A DNA stretch of 64,000 nt, from positions 96,001 through 160,000 of the IMG/VR virus record IMGVR_UViG_3300027987_000212; one strand, written 5' to 3'. Numbering within the stretch: the first letter of the stretch is position 1; every line of letters starts with the position of its first letter. Positions 63,593 through 64,000 of this stretch are shown here, piece after piece. This stretch comes from a virus. The notes under the pieces were generated by a model. It was not told where the DNA came from and made no database searches. It saw only the letters and a program-made list of their open reading frames with translations. Both the position numbers and the translations under genes were made by a program.

Positions 63593-64000
63593 GCAACAAC
63601 TTCACCATCACGTACCACGACCTCTACGCGCTGAGCCTCAACCGGCTAGAGCACTACAAAGACCTCGAAGGCGAAGCTTGCGCAAACGAGACGCTCCGAA
63701 AGCACTTCGAGTGCTTTTGGTCAGACGTGCGAATCTGGGCGGCCAGCAATGTTGGGATGACCACTCTCGACGACATGCGCGAGGCCGGGTTAACGCAATC
63801 AGCTTCCGTACTCCTCGACCTCTACAGCACCAATGGCGCTCTACGCGCCAGGTACTTCGACCAGCCCATGCCCACTCTCGAGCAGGACCCAAGCAACCCG
63901 TACCTACGTGGCATCGATGACGCTCTCCGTAAAACGCGCTTCGACCTACGCCTACACGCCTTCAGCAATCTCATCCCCGGACTAACCCAAGACCAAAATG
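63589..64000 (+). CDS. Hypothetical protein, truncated by the window edge
   Basis: Hand-translated MSNNFTITYHDLY..., open to position 64000. ATGA overlap. Confidence 0.7.
   Translation, partial: MSNNFTITYHDLYALSLNRLEHYKDLEGEACANETLRKHFECFWSDVRIWAASNVGMTTLDDMREAGLTQSASVLLDLYSTNGALRARYFDQPMPTLEQDPSNPYLRGIDDALRKTRFDLRLHAFSNLIPGLTQDQN

Noticed and set aside
1-64000. tRNA, rRNA, CRISPR array, integrase or transposase
   Set aside because: No T-loop or cloverleaf, no regularly spaced repeats and no recognisable motifs were seen by eye. tRNAscan-SE and a CRISPR finder would be needed for certainty.
1-64000. Stop-codon reassignment, given how common TAG is
   Set aside because: Standard-code ORFs tile the window densely and many end at TAG next to the following start.

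Overview
This window is a 64-kb slice of a large, GC-rich (about 60% by eye) contractile-tailed dsDNA phage genome read with the standard code. Host and family cannot be assigned from the sequence. The minus strand carries the morphogenesis genes in a scattered order: gpA-type large terminase (50.6-52.4 kb), a prohead protease, three scaffold-like genes, decoration and major capsid genes (41.5-49.9 kb), neck, tail-completion, sheath and tube genes (30.2-40.4 kb), a tail-chaperone pair with a GGGAAAT -1 slippery site (20.5-22.1 kb), and tape measure and baseplate genes (2.8-11.7 kb). Accessory blocks lie at 11.9-29.8 kb and 54-64 kb. They include a GroES-like co-chaperonin, a dNMP kinase, two GNAT acetyltransferases, a DUF262 protein, a CHAP-like hydrolase, RHH/HTH regulators and many Zn-ribbon proteins. 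No portal, tRNA, rRNA, CRISPR array, integrase or transposase was recognised. Strongest observations: (1) A K-x-A(S/A/G/E) motif is heavily enriched in about 13 head-associated proteins but nearly absent from sheath and terminase, and two KTAS copies bracket the catalytic domain of the assemblin-fold protease. This suggests a virion polyprotein-processing system that releases InPase-like, DUF5661, ferritin-like and glycine-zipper cargo. (2) A highly structured ~120-nt element sits between two copies of a phage promoter-like motif and is a candidate small RNA. (3) A bipartite motif, (G/T)CA(A/C)-N15/16-GGGATAAG, occurs five times at the heads of plus-strand units. Family names come from recalled motifs, not database searches.
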